Part shown: piece by piece, positions 11,117 to 23,100 of the stretch
How the letters are laid out: the number at the start of each line of letters is the position of its first letter
Numbering within the stretch: position 1 is the first letter of the stretch
Origin: Macrostomum lignano
Lineage: Eukaryota
Direction of reading: 5' to 3'
Assembly (NCBI GenBank): GCA_002269645.1
Contig: NIVC01003505.1
Coordinates: 1 to 64,000 of the forward strand
Length of the DNA: 64,000 nucleotides
Made by a program: the position numbers and the translations under genes
Notes under the pieces: model-generated
What the model was told of the DNA's origin: nothing
The model's database searches: none
What the model saw: the letters and a program-made list of their open reading frames with translations, nothing else

Positions 11117-14100
11117 CTATTTAGTCAGCAACTATCCATCCAGTCAGCATCCGTCCAGTCAGCAGCCGTCAGTCAGCAACAATCCAGTCAGCAACCATCC
11201 AGTCAGCAACCATCCAGTCAGCAAACATCCATCCAGTCAGCAACCATTCGTCCAGTCAGCATCCATCCAGTCAGCAACCATCCAGTCAGCAACCATCCAG
11301 TCAGCATCCGTCCAGTCAGCAGCCATCCAGTCAGCAACCGTCCATCCAGTCAGCAACAATCCAGTCAGCAATCATCCAGTCAGCAACCATCCAGTCACAA
11401 CCATCCAGTCAGCAGTCATCCAGTCAGCAACCATCCGTCCAGTCAGCAACCATCCGTCCAGTCAGCAATCATCCGTCCAGTCAGCGACCATCCAGTCGGC
11501 AACCATCCAGTCACAACCATACGTCCAGTCAGCAACCATCCAGTCAGCAACCATCCAGTCAGCAACCATCCATCCATTCAGCAACCATCCAGTCAGCAAC
11601 CATCCAGTCAGCAACCATCCAGTCAGCAACCATTCGTCCAGCAACCATCCATCCAGTCAGCAACAATCCAGTCAGCAACCATCCAGTCAGCAAACATCCA
11701 TCCAGTCAGCAACCATTCGTCCAGTCAGCATCCATCCAGTCAGCAACCATCCAGTCAGCAACCATCCAGTCAGCAACCATCCAGTCAGCAGCCATCCAGT
11801 CAGCAACCGTCCATCCAGTCAGCAACAATCCAGTCAGCAATCATCCAGTCAGCAACCATCCAGTCACAACCATCCAGTCAGCAGTCATCCAGTCAGCAAC
11901 CATCCGTCCAGTCAGCAACCATCCGTCCAGTCAGCAATCATCCGTCCAGTCAGCGACCATCCAGTCGGCAACCATCCAGTCACAACCATACGTCCAGTCA
12001 GCAACCATCCAGTCAGCAACCATCCAGTCAGCAACCATCCATCCATTCAGCAACCATCCAGTCAGCAACCATCCAGTCAGCAACCATCCAGTCAGCAACC
12101 ATTCGTCCAGCAACCATCCATCCAGTCAGCAACAATCCAGTCAGCAACCATCCAGTCAGCAACCATCCAGTCAGCAACCATCCGTCCAGTCAGCAACCAT
12201 CCAGTCAGCAGCCATCCTGTCAGCAGCCATCCAGTCAGCAGCCATCCAGTCAGCAACCGTCCATCCAGTCAGCACCCATCCAGTCAACAACCATCCAGTC
12301 AGCGACCATCCAGTCAGCAACCATCCAGTCAGCAACCATCCAGTCAACAACAGTCCATCCAGTCAGCAAACATCCATCCAGTCAGCAACCATCCAGTCAA
12401 CAACAGTCCATCCAGTCAGCAACCATCCATCCAGTCAGCAACAATCCAGTCACAACCATACATCCAGTCAGCAACCATCCAGTCAGCAACCATCCGTCCA
12501 GTCAGCAACCATCCAGTCAGCAGCCATCCTGTCAGCAGCCATCCAGTCAGCAGCCATCCAGTCAGCAACCGTCCATCCAGTCAGCACCCATCCAGTCAAC
12601 AACCATCCAGTCAGCGACCATCCAGTCAGCAACCATCCAGTCAGCAACCATCCAGTCAGCAAACATCCATCCAGTCAGCAACCATCCAGTCAACAACAGT
12701 CCATCAAGTCAGCAACCAATCATCCAGTCAGCAACAATCCAGTCAGCAACAATCCAGTCAGCAACAATCCAGTCAGCAACCGTCCATCCAGTCAGCAACT
12801 ATCCAGTCAGCAACCATCCATCCAGTCAGCAACCGTCCAGTCAGCAACCATCCAGTCAGCAATCATCCATCCAGTCAGCAACCATCCAGTCAACAACCGT
12901 CCATCCAGTCAGCAACCATCCAGTCAACAACCATCCAGTCAGCGACCATCCAGTCAGCAACCATCCAGTCAGCAACCATCCAGTCAGCAACCATCCAGTC
13001 AGCAAACATCCATCCAGTCAGCAACCATCCAGTCAACAACAGTCCATCCAGTCAGCAACCATCCATCCAGTCAGCAACAATCCAGTCACAACCATACATC
13101 CAGTCAGCAACCATCCAGTCAGCAACCGTCCATCCAGTCAGCAACAATCCAGTCAGCAACAATCCAGTCACAACCATACATCCAGTCAGCAACCATCCAG
13201 TCAGCAACCGTCCATCCAGTCAGCAACAATCCAGTCAGGAACAATCCAGTCAGCAACCATCCAGTCAGCAACCATCCAGTCAGCAACCGTCCATCCAGTC
13301 AGCAACAATCCAGTCACAACCATCCGTCCAGTCAGCAACCATCCAGTCAGCAAACATCCATCCAGTCGGAAACCATCCAGGCAGCAACCATCTAGTCAGC
13401 AACCATCCATCGAGTCAGCAACCGTCCAGTCAGCAACCATCCAGTCAGCAGCCATCCTGTCAGCAGCCATCCAGTCAGCAAACATTCATCCAGTCAGCAA
13501 CCATCCATCCAGTCAGCACCCATCCAGTCAACAACCATCCAGTCAGCGACCATCCAGTCAGCAACCATCCAGTCAGCAACCATCCAGTCAGCAAACATCC
13601 ATCCAGTCAGCAACCATCCAGTCAACAACAGTCCATCCAGTCAGCAACAATCCAGTCAGCAACAATCCAGTCACAACCATACATCCAGTCAGCAACCATC
13701 CAGTCAGCAGCCATCTAGTCAGCAGCCATCGAGTCAGCAGCCATCCAGTGAGCAACCGTCCATCCAGTTAGCAACCATCCAGTCAGCAACCATCCGTCCA
13801 GTCAGCAACCATCCAGTCAGCAGCCATCCTGTCAGCAGCCATCCAGTCAGCAGCCATCCAGTCAGCAACCGTCCATCCAGTCAGCACCCATCCAGTCAAC
13901 AACCATCCAGTCAGCGACCATCCAGTCAGCAACCATCCAGTCAGCAACCATCCAGTCAGCAAACATCCATCCAGTCAGCAACCATCCAGTCAACAACAGT
14001 CCATCAAGTCAGCAACCAATCATCCAGTCAGCAACAATCCAGTCAGCAACAATCCAGTCAGCAACAATCCAGTCACAACCATACATCCAGTCAGCAACCA

Positions 14101-15392
14101 TCCAGTCAGCAACCGTCCATCCAGTCAGCAACAATCCAGTCAGCAACAATCCAGTCAGCAACCGTCCATCCAGTCAGCAACTATCCAGTCAGCAACCATC
14201 CATCCAGTCAGCAACCGTCCAGTCAGCAACCATCCAGTCAGCAATCATCCATCCAGTCAGCAACCATCCAGTCAACAACCGTCCATCCAGTCAGCAACCA
14301 TCCAGTCAACAACCATCCAGTCAGCGACCATCCAGTCAGCAACCATCCAGTCAGCAACCATCCAGTCAGCAACCATCCAGTCAGCAAACATCCATCCAGT
14401 CAGCAACCATCCAGTCAACAACAGTCCATCCAGTCAGCAACCATCCATCCAGTCAGCAACAATCCAGTCACAACCATACATCCAGTCAGCAACCATCCAG
14501 TCAGCAACCGTCCATCCAGTCAGCAACAATCCAGTCAGCAACAATCCAGTCACAACCATACATCCAGTCAGCAACCATCCAGTCAGCAACCGTCCGTCCA
14601 GTCAGCAACAATCCAGTCAGGAACAATCCAGTCAGCAACCATCCAGTCAGCAACCATCCAGTCAGCAACCGTCCATCCAGTCAGCAACAATCCAGTCACA
14701 ACCATCCGTCCAGTCAGCAACCATCCAGTCAGCAAACATCCATCCAGTCGGAAACCATCCAGGCAGCAACCATCTAGTCAGCAACCATCCATCGAGTCAG
14801 CAACCGTCCAGTCAGCAACCATCCAGTCAGCAGCCATCCTGTCAGCAGCCATCCAGTCAGCAAACATCCATCCAGTCAGCAACCATCCATCCAGTCAGCA
14901 CCCATCCAGTCAACAACCATCCAGTCAGCGACCATCCAGTCAGCAACCATCCAGTCAGCAACCATCCAGTCAGCAAACATCCATCCAGTCAGCAACCATC
15001 CAGTCAACAACAGTCCATCCAGTCAGCAACAATCCAGTCAGCAACAATCCAGTCACAACCATACATCCAGTCAGCAACCATCCAGTCAGCAGCCATCTAG
15101 TCAGCAGCCATCGAGTCAGCAGCCATCCAGTGAGCAACCGTCCATCCAGTTAGCAACCATCCAGTCAGCAACAATCCAGTCACAACCATACGTCCAGTCA
15201 GCAACCATCCAGTCAGCAACCATCCAGTCAGCAACCATCCGTCCAGTCAGCAACCATTCCAGTCAGCAACAATCCAGTCACAACCATACGTCCAGTCAGC
15301 AACCATCCAGTCAGCAACCGTCCATCCAGTCAGCAACCATCCAGTCAGCAACAATCCAGTCACAACCATACGTCCAGTCAACAACCATCCAA
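11117..15392. repeat. 4.3-kb satellite, 15-bp unit CCATCCAGTCAGCAA with 19-bp variants and higher-order duplications
   Basis: Direct inspection; identical blocks 469 bp apart (11462 and 11931) and rare variants 1382 bp apart. Confidence 0.98.
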
Positions 15393-16414
15393 TTATTTAC
15401 GATAAATTGCGTAATTTGCGTTGCAGTGGCTGCTGAATTCTCATAAGCAAAGCACTTAAAAAGCTAATGTCTGCTCGAGTTACAATTTAAATATTCTTTC
15501 CAAAAACGAACACTCTATTGAGTGGGTACTGCGCGCATGTTTGCCGTTTGGCGGTTTTGATACAAATTTGCGAAACTATTATTGCGCGCAGCACCGCCCA
15601 CAAAATGTGCAGTGAAAGTCCCTAAAAGTGTGAGTAGCATTGATTAACCTTTCACAGTGTAAAAAAATTTACAGTGTAAAAAATGGTGTAAAGTTTCCAT
15701 AAAAATATCTTTGTTTTTAATTCTCATTGCACTGTGTGAGGTTAGTTAAATGCTCGACGCTTTTTGTTTTAGACACGGCAGTATTTTTCTCATATAATAG
15801 TTTACATATTTATTGATTAATTCGTTTTTTCGGAGTTTTGAAAGCTGCTGTGCCTAATTATGGATTTAGCTAAATGATCAGGCTACCTAATGTTGGGTAA
15901 CTTGTATCAAATGGCAAAGCATTTCACTGCAAAGTCGCATCCGGTGGTTTCACGTACCTGTGGGCGTTAAACTGTACATTTGAAATGCTGAATTTCTAGG
16001 AAAATCTCATTTCAAATTACAGTGAACAGAATCGGAGCGGCGAAAATTTTTTTTAACTAATTTCGTTGTTAATTGCAAGATTATTTTTCGTAAGTCCAAA
16101 TGTCCAAGATATTTATTATGAGTATTATTTCTTGGACCTTAGTATATGATGTTAATTCATGTGTCTCAGTTTGATTTTTTGAGTCTATTTAATAGAACTT
16201 TGTGATTAAAAAATTAATGAATGGTAAATTATAATTAATTAGTCACATAGGACATATGTAACTAAAATACGTAGCATCTAAGTAGTTTACAATAGTTTAA
16301 CATTTTTAGGGTTTTATGTGTTGCAAAACTGTACTCAAAGAAATCAAAAATAATTTCGAAATATTGAGCAATTAATGCACTTCGACCTGCTAAGGTGGCA
16401 CACCTTCAATCTAG

Positions 16415-17703
16415 TGCAAGCTCATTATTCTAAAAGTAAGGGTTTACAGTCCTTCTATGTAGTCTCCGCCGCGCTCTATGCACTTCTGATGCCTCCGTAG
16501 CCACGAATCAAAGGCGCCGCGGTACTCCGATTCAGTGAATGCCCTCAACTCTGAATTGATAGCGCGCGCCAGGTCTTGCGGCCTCTGAAATTGGCGCCCA
16601 GCCAGCCTCTCGGTCAGTTTCGGGAAGGCCCAGAAGTCGCACGGAGCCAAGTCCGGGCTGTAGGGCGGGTGGCGAACGGTTTTCAGCCGGTTCTCCTCCA
16701 GAAATGCTGAAGTCATCGCCGCAGTATGGCTTGACGCATTGTCATGGTAAAGGTGGATGCGACCTGACTCCAAGCGCGTGCGTTGATTTTGCCGCACGAA
16801 ATCAACGACAGCTGGCAGGGCAGTGCTGGTGTAGAAGCTGGCGTTCACATTCTGGCCTTTGGGCACCATGACAACAGCTACTGGGCCACAGATGCTGAAG
16901 AACACAACGAACATCTGCTTGCGTGAGCGAAATCCTGATCGCAGAACTGTTGGACGCTCTTCATCTGCGCCAGTCCAAACCTTGTTCTGGCTCTTGTTGG
17001 GCACCTGGAAGTAGTAAAACCACTTCTCGTCACCGGTGACAATGTCAGAGAGGCGCTTGGTGCCGCCAGAACCGAAGCAGCGCAAGAACTCCTGACTGCA
17101 GCGAACCCGCTCCTGGCGCTGCTCCTCAGTGAGCTGATGTGGCACCCAACGAGCTGTGATCTTCCTGAGCCCCAGCTGCTCATGCAGGATGGTGAAAACG
17201 CTGCCCTCAGATATGTCAAGTGTCTGGCTCAGCATGGCAACAGAAATGTTTGGGTCCTCAGCCACCAGCGATTGCACAGCGTCAATGTTGCTCTTGGTCA
17301 CGGCTGTGCTCGGCCTCCCCGATCGAGGGTCGTCACAGAGGCTGCTCCTGCCGGCGCCAAAAGCCTCAATCCATCGCGCAACGGTGCGATAAGATGGAGC
17401 TTGATCCCCTATCACCTGTGCTAAGTCGGCATGGATTTTGGTGGCGTTTTCTCCAAGTTGTGCGCGCATGAAGATGTAGAAGCGCGTGTTTTCTGAGCTG
17501 ATATTTTCCATAATTTGTCAGAAGCTGAAACGTAGGTATGGTTAGGTGTGAATTGTGCAATAACGGGTGAAGCCATTGAGCTGAAAATTTATATGGTGGT
17601 CTCAGGCATGTTACTAAAAATGTCCCTAAAATTTAGTGCGTTTTGCTTGAGCCAAAGTATATCTGCATATGCAGTTGCCAAAACTTTTTGAATGCCCCTC
17701 GTA
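16415..17703 (-). mobile_element. Mariner DNA transposon, only the 5' TIR present
   Basis: TIR GCCAAAACTTTTTGAATGCCCCTCG ends at 17701 followed by TA; no matching CGAGGGGCATTCAAAAAG seen at the other end or elsewhere in the window. Confidence 0.85.
16444..17511 (-). CDS. Intact mariner transposase (DD34D), 355 aa
   Basis: HTH N-terminus, WVPHQL, TGDEKW, HDNA, YSPDLAPCD; 34 residues between the second and third Asp. Confidence 0.97.
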   Translation of the reverse strand: MENISSENTRFYIFMRAQLGENATKIHADLAQVIGDQAPSYRTVARWIEAFGAGRSSLCDDPRSGRPSTAVTKSNIDAVQSLVAEDPNISVAMLSQTLDISEGSVFTILHEQLGLRKITARWVPHQLTEEQRQERVRCSQEFLRCFGSGGTKRLSDIVTGDEKWFYYFQVPNKSQNKVWTGADEERPTVLRSGFRSRKQMFVVFFSICGPVAVVMVPKGQNVNASFYTSTALPAVVDFVRQNQRTRLESGRIHLYHDNASSHTAAMTSAFLEENRLKTVRHPPYSPDLAPCDFWAFPKLTERLAGRQFQRPQDLARAINSELRAFTESEYRGAFDSWLRRHQKCIERGGDYIEGL

Positions 17704-18299
17704 GCATATGGTCCACAATTCTGGGGCTGATCTTGCTCCTCCGCAGCAATTTTAAATGAAGCTATGGACCAAATTGATGCTTGTTGGACCAAATTAAATG
17801 CTGCTGTGCCAGCCTTGCTGCCATAGACAAAAGCTTCATTACATTGGCAAACGTATCTTGGATTAAATTCAATGCGCGTAGGCCCAAATGGGCTGCCAAA
17901 AGCTATAGTATTACTAACTAATCTTAGCAGGGCTATTGGCCCCCCCCCTGACGTAACAACTTCGGCGCCATCGTCCCACAACCAGGGTTGACGTCAATTC
18001 TGCCCATTTCGCTGACTCCTGGGCACATACTCACGTTCACACGCGGTGTACAGCTGCCCTGGTTTTCTAATCGTCAGCCATGTACACTCTCAGTGCCTTG
18101 GGGGTTGGGCCCACATGGCTGTAAATCGCACGACAACGCCATGGACAATTTTCGTGCACAAACTCAAAATGGAGGCCACCGCGCGCTGAATCAAGCCAAG
18201 GGTCGTGGTGCGAGAGACTGTCTCGCTAAACGCCCTTCTTCCCCTTCAGTCACTCTTACGTAATGATGAAGAAATTTGAGTCTAGTTTTTGAAGCTCAC

Positions 18300-18500
18300 C
18301 CCAGCCAGCACCACGGGCTCAATGTCGGCCAGGATTTTATCGAAGCTTTCGCCCTCCTGCGGTGCCTCAGGCGGAATCAGCGGCCTCAGGTAGCCGGGCT
18401 GCACGTTGGGCACTACGGGACGGTCGCGAAAGCTGTTGACATAGTCCACGATGAGGTCAACCATCTGACGGCCGCGCTGACGAAACTCATCACCGTCCAT
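18300..18500 (-). CDS. ddc: First coding exon (67 codons) of a PLP-dependent aromatic amino-acid decarboxylase (DDC/TDC/HDC family)
   Basis: MDGDEFRQRGRQMVDLIVDY...VQPGYLRPLIP...DIEPVVLAG resembles the DDC N-terminus; GTGAGC donor after codon 67; acceptor tttgcAG 29 nt upstream of the ATG. The exact paralog cannot be assigned from 67 aa. Confidence 0.85.
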
Positions 18501-18678
18501 TTCGATTGGATTTGATTGAGCCTTAGTCTCTGCAAAGTCATTTTGAGTTACAGGGGCTATATTTTACTCTGGTCGAGTTTGCTTGAGTCGGGGTCTTGTA
18601 TCAGAGATATATCAACTTTTCAGCCATGCTACTAGAACAGTAACAAAATATTATTTATTCATAAAGTCATACAGTCTA

Positions 18679-18987
18679 GGGGTTGTGTCCTAGTGGTCAG
18701 AGCGTCGGACTCACGACTTGAAGGTCGGGGTTCGATTCTTGACTCACTAGGAACAATTTTTGTCCTTGAGCAAGACACTTAACTCTGCAGTGCTTCAGTT
18801 CACCTAGCTGTAAAATGGGTTCCAGCATTGGCTGGGATAATTGAGAGAGTGTGTGGCGACCCGCTAGTTCATGGACTGAACAGCCGTCCGCAGACTTCAG
18901 ATGCGCAGCGCAATAAATGCGGCTGAGCCGTCGGTTGCACATCTGCCCACTTCGGCAGGTGTAATCAATTATTATAATTATTATTAA
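18679..18987 (+). mobile_element. tRNA-derived CORE-type SINE, copy 1
   Basis: A-box TAGTGGTCAGAGC (18691), B-box GGTTCGATTC (18729), MIR-core-like GTCCTTGAGCAAGACACTTAACTC...CTGTAAAATGGG (18762-18819), AT-rich tail. Confidence 0.85.
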
Positions 18988-19662
18988 GTCATTCTATGCT
19001 TTTCAAAAAGATATCTTTATTTGTTTAGAATTAAATGACTCAAGTCAGCAACAACATGGGACAATGACTTGAAAAAACCTTTGCAAAAAGAAGATTGAAA
19101 ATCAACAGAACGAACCTTTAGTGTCACCCGCGAAGAAAAGCAGTTTTAGTTAAAGCAAAAGAGTTACAGAAAAATCTTTTCTTATATACGCTTCGGAGAT
19201 TTTCTCGCTATAGTCTTGCTTTAATTGACATCCAGACACATGTTCAGGGAATGGACGTGCATTTACGGTACATTAACGTTTCCAAAGCGGCTATAAAGCC
19301 TGACATACACGATCGGCAAAGGCCAAGAAAGAGGGGTTAGAGAAAAGCAGAGGTGATAAGTTATCTACCGCAGCTGCAACAGCCAGCATGAAGTTGTTCC
19401 GACTGATACAGAAATTGTCTCTCATTGAGGTCCAACAGGCTTTCGGAATGTCACTCTTTCAACTGATTAGCTTATAGTAATTGCTTGCAGTACACACTAG
19501 TATCTTCACGGTGCAGGCCTAGACCAGTCCAGCTTTGCTACCTGCACTGCTACAGTACATCGCTACTCACTTGCGTCAACTGACCCTCGCATTTAACTTT
19601 ATCGACTAAATATTAATTACTGGTACTTTGCGATTCATCTAATATACTGCAGCACCAGGGAA

Positions 19663-19915
19663 GGAATCAGTGACAGTTCACTGAATGATCAGAGAGGGAA
19701 TCAGTGACAGTTCACTGAATGATCAGAGAGGGTATCAGTGACAGTTCACTGAATGATCAGAGAGGGAATCAGTGACAGTTCACTGAATGATCAGAGAGGG
19801 AATCAGTGACAGTTCACTGAATGATCAGAGAGGGAATCAGTGACAGTTCACTGAATGATCAGAGAGGGAATCAGTGACAGCTCACTGAATGATCAGAGAG
19901 GGAATCAGTGACAGT
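19663..19915. repeat. 34-bp minisatellite (~7.5 copies) with internal palindrome TCAGTGA/TCACTGA
   Basis: Unit AGGGAATCAGTGACAGTTCACTGAATGATCAGAG, no spacers. Confidence 0.95.
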
Positions 19916-20751
19916 AAAAAAGTTTAGGTTTGTCTGAACACAAAAAATCGGCAGTTTACATTCTCAAACTTACCTTGAATATGCCCAACAGTAGCCTGAG
20001 TGCTCTGTCCCGCGCGTGTAATGAAAGCCAAACCATTGAGCTAATCCAACAGTGCCCTATATAGAGATATCCCAGGTCCGCGATCAGTCAATAAGCCAGT
20101 CCGCTTGTCAAGGCATACTTGGAGAACGGACCAATAGGTCCAATAGCCGTGCGGCGCCGAACAGAGGCACAAGCCTTGTGAGGAAGCCAGCGCAAGATAT
20201 CCGGGAATCGGACTTTGCTTTCAGCTGGCTTTCTTGGCTTTCTAGTTGCCGGAAGTTCAGCATCCGCCCTGAGTCTGCTCAGCCTACTCAGCCCTGCTCA
20301 GCTTGGAGACTTGCGACCCGGAAGTTACAAGGGTCGGTTTCTCTTCTCAATCCACTATTGTTCAACATCACGAGAGGTCTAGAGTAAACACCGATGATTA
20401 AATTGCGGCGCCTAGATCCCAGCTGCACTACTCGCATATTAGTGTTCAGTAGCATAAACAGGGTTTGGAAATCTGTTTTTATTGATTTGTCCGACGTGCA
20501 AGATTATTGACTCAGTGTAGGCTGTAAAGCCGAACAAGAGCACAGCAAACAAGAAGAGCGACTATTGTTTGATCCCAAATCCCTCAGGGTTGGGAATAAA
20601 AATAGATTGCTGTAGAAGCTTAGTCGACAACCGCAGTGTAGAATTTAAGCCTCAAGCCGGAGCTGACCTATTCTTGATATCATGATATCTGAATATTCTG
20701 TCCGTCATTAATAAAATTTTAATTTAAAACTTAAATTTAAGTAAGACATGT

Positions 20752-21780
20752 CCCTATTGAATCAGTAAGAAAATTCCCTTTTGAATCAGTAAGAAAATTC
20801 CCTTTTGAATCAGTAAGAAACTTCCCTTTTGAATCAGTGAGAAGCGTCTCTTTTGAATCAGTAAGAAACAACCCTTTTGAATCAGTAAGAAACGTCCTTT
20901 TTGAATCAGTAAGAAATGTCCCTTTTGAATCAGTAAGAAACGTCTCTTTTGAATCAGTAAGAAGCGTCCCTTTTGAATCAGTAAGAAACGTCCCTTTTGA
21001 ATCAGTAAGAAACGTCTCTTTTGAATCAGTAAGAAACGACCCTTTTGAATCAGTAAGAAGCGTCGCTTTTGAATCAGTAAGAAACGCCCCTTTTGAATCA
21101 GTAAGAAGCGTCGCTTTTGAATCAGTAAGAAACGACCCTTTTGAATCAGTAAGAAACGCCCCTTTTGAATCAGTAAGAAGCGTCGCTTTTGAATCAGTAA
21201 GAAACGACCCTTTTGAATCAGTAAAAAACGTCCTTTTTGAATCAGTAAGAAACGACCCTTTTGAATCAGTAAGAAACGTCCCTTTTGAATCAGTAAGAAA
21301 CGACCCTTTTGAATCAGTAAGAAACGTCCCTTTTGAATCAGTAAGAAACGACCCTTTTCAATCAGTAAGAAACGTCCTTTTTGAATCAGTAAGAAGCGTC
21401 GCTTTTGAATCAGTAAGAAACGACCTTTTAAATCAGTAAGAAACGTCTCTTTTGAATCAGTAAGAAGCGTCTCTTTTGAATCAGTAAGAAACGACCTTTT
21501 AAATCAGTAAGAAACGTCCCTTTAGAATCAGTAAGAAGCGTCGCTTTTGAATCAGTAAGAAACGTCGCTTTTGAATCAGTAAGAAACGTCCCTTTTGAAT
21601 CAGTAAGAAATGACCCTTTTCAATCAGTAAGAAACGTCCTTTTTGAATCAGTAAGAAGCGTCGCTTTTGAATCAGTAAGAAACGTCGCTTTTGAATCAGT
21701 AAGAAGCGTCGCTTTTGAATCAGTAAGAAACGTCCCTTTTGAATCAGTAAGAAGCGTCGCTTTTGAATCAGTAAAAAACG
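20752..21780. repeat. 24-bp minisatellite TTTTGAATCAGTAAGAAACGTCCC
   Basis: About 43 copies; generates the FESVRNVP-type ORFs. Confidence 0.97.
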
Positions 21781-22737
21781 CCCGTTTAAGCCAGACATCC
21801 TGTTTAAGCCAGCCATTAATTATCTTCGCTGAATGGTAAATATATTCGCGGATGGGGCAAGATTGTCAATTCTTATTTACACACTAAACAAGTACTAACG
21901 TCGGCGAGTGGATGACATTGAATTGTCTGGGCTGCAGACTGCATTGTCCGTTATCAGGCCCAGTGCAGGCCCATGGCCGGTCCGCTATTTCTGTCCCGCA
22001 AAGCCTGCCAAACCCCAATCAATCAGTCTGCAAGCAATTCTCTCTCTAATAAAAGGGCATGGCTAGTACGGGATTATAAATAGCGACTGTCTAAATTTAG
22101 ACTTGAGATAAAAATAGATTCGGACCCAGAATCGGCCGGGCGACATTGCTGAAATGAAAGAGGGATAAGGATGTCTGGATTAGTCCCAGCTTCCAGCAGC
22201 CTACGCACAGAACCCCCCGCCCCCAGAGAGAGAGACAGAGCGAGTAGAGAGTTCTCACGCCTCTCTTCCCCCCCCCCGGGCTGGCTTGGTGTGTGGGCGG
22301 GCACCCGACTCCCTGCTCAGATTCCTTCCCTGGTGGCCTGCGGGTGGGAAGGGTTGGTCGGGTGGGGGGTATGAAATCGCGACTCGCGAGCAGGCAGTGC
22401 CGTGAGGAACAGGACAGACTGGGATATTTTTAGACTCACTGCCGACGCAGGCAGCTCAGACTGCTTCTCAAACAGCCCCCCCCCGGTCTCCGTCAGCACT
22501 GCCGCTCGATCGATTTTTCCTCTCCCAATACCCAGTTTCAGGACTCTTTCCATCGACACGAAGCCTCTCAGAGATTCAAAATGTACTTCAATTTCATTCC
22601 AATATTGGCGTCAGTATTGTGACTATCAAACCCAAGTCAACTTTGCTTGTATCGTTTGCTTATTGACTTGCTTTTAGAAAGTTATCATTTTTTTGGTATT
22701 TTGATAGCTTCAGTGCACTGTTGGGACTGCTAAGAAA

Positions 22738-23100
22738 TTACTGCGAAATCTCTCTAATCTCTCTTCCATCTCTGATCTCTCCTTCATCTCTGATCTCTCT
22801 TCCATCTCTGATCTCTCTTCCATCTCTGAGCTCTCTTCCATATCTGATCTCTCTTCCATCTCTGATCTCTCTTCCATCTCTGAGCTCTCTTCCATATCTG
22901 ATCTCTATTCCATCTCTAATCTCTCTTCCATCTCTGATCTCTCTTCCATCATTCTGATTTCTCTTCAATCTCTGATCTCTTTTCCATCTCTAATATCTCT
23001 TCCATCTCTCTGATTTCTCTTCCATCTCTAATCTATCTTCCATTTTTGATCTTTCTTTAATCTCCCTCTGATCTCTCTTCAATCTCCCTCTGATCTCTCA
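22738..23100. repeat. Degenerate 18-bp repeat TCTCTCTTCCATCTCTGA
   Basis: Direct inspection; ISLPSL periodic ORFs. Confidence 0.9.

Larger units (their letters stand above)
1..16414 (+). mobile_element. Candidate full-length autonomous Helentron/Helitron2-type (HLE2) rolling-circle transposon; boundaries tentative
   Basis: Contains the RepHel gene. AGGTCGAAGTGCA at 1-13 is the exact reverse complement of TGCACTTCGACCT at 16376-16388. The right copy is followed by a small hairpin (AAGGTG-GCA-CACCTT, 16392-16406) and CTAG|T at 16411-16415. The left terminus may lie just outside the window. Confidence 0.5.

Noticed and set aside
16376-16392. Academ-like TAG...CTA terminus for the 16-kb element
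   Set aside because: Possible if the repeat extends left of the window, but no Academ transposase is present and the encoded protein is RepHel.
18679-18750. tRNA genes here and at ~28520
   Set aside because: Stems are mismatched and both heads continue into a shared SINE body.
19663-19915. CRISPR-like 34-bp palindromic repeat
   Set aside because: Repeats are directly adjacent with no unique spacers, there are no cas genes, and the context is eukaryotic. The same applies to the 38-bp and 62-bp arrays.
20017-20682. Possible solo LTR (TGTAAT...TATCA, AATAAA, two CCGGAAGT motifs)
   Set aside because: No target-site duplication, second copy, PBS or PPT found.
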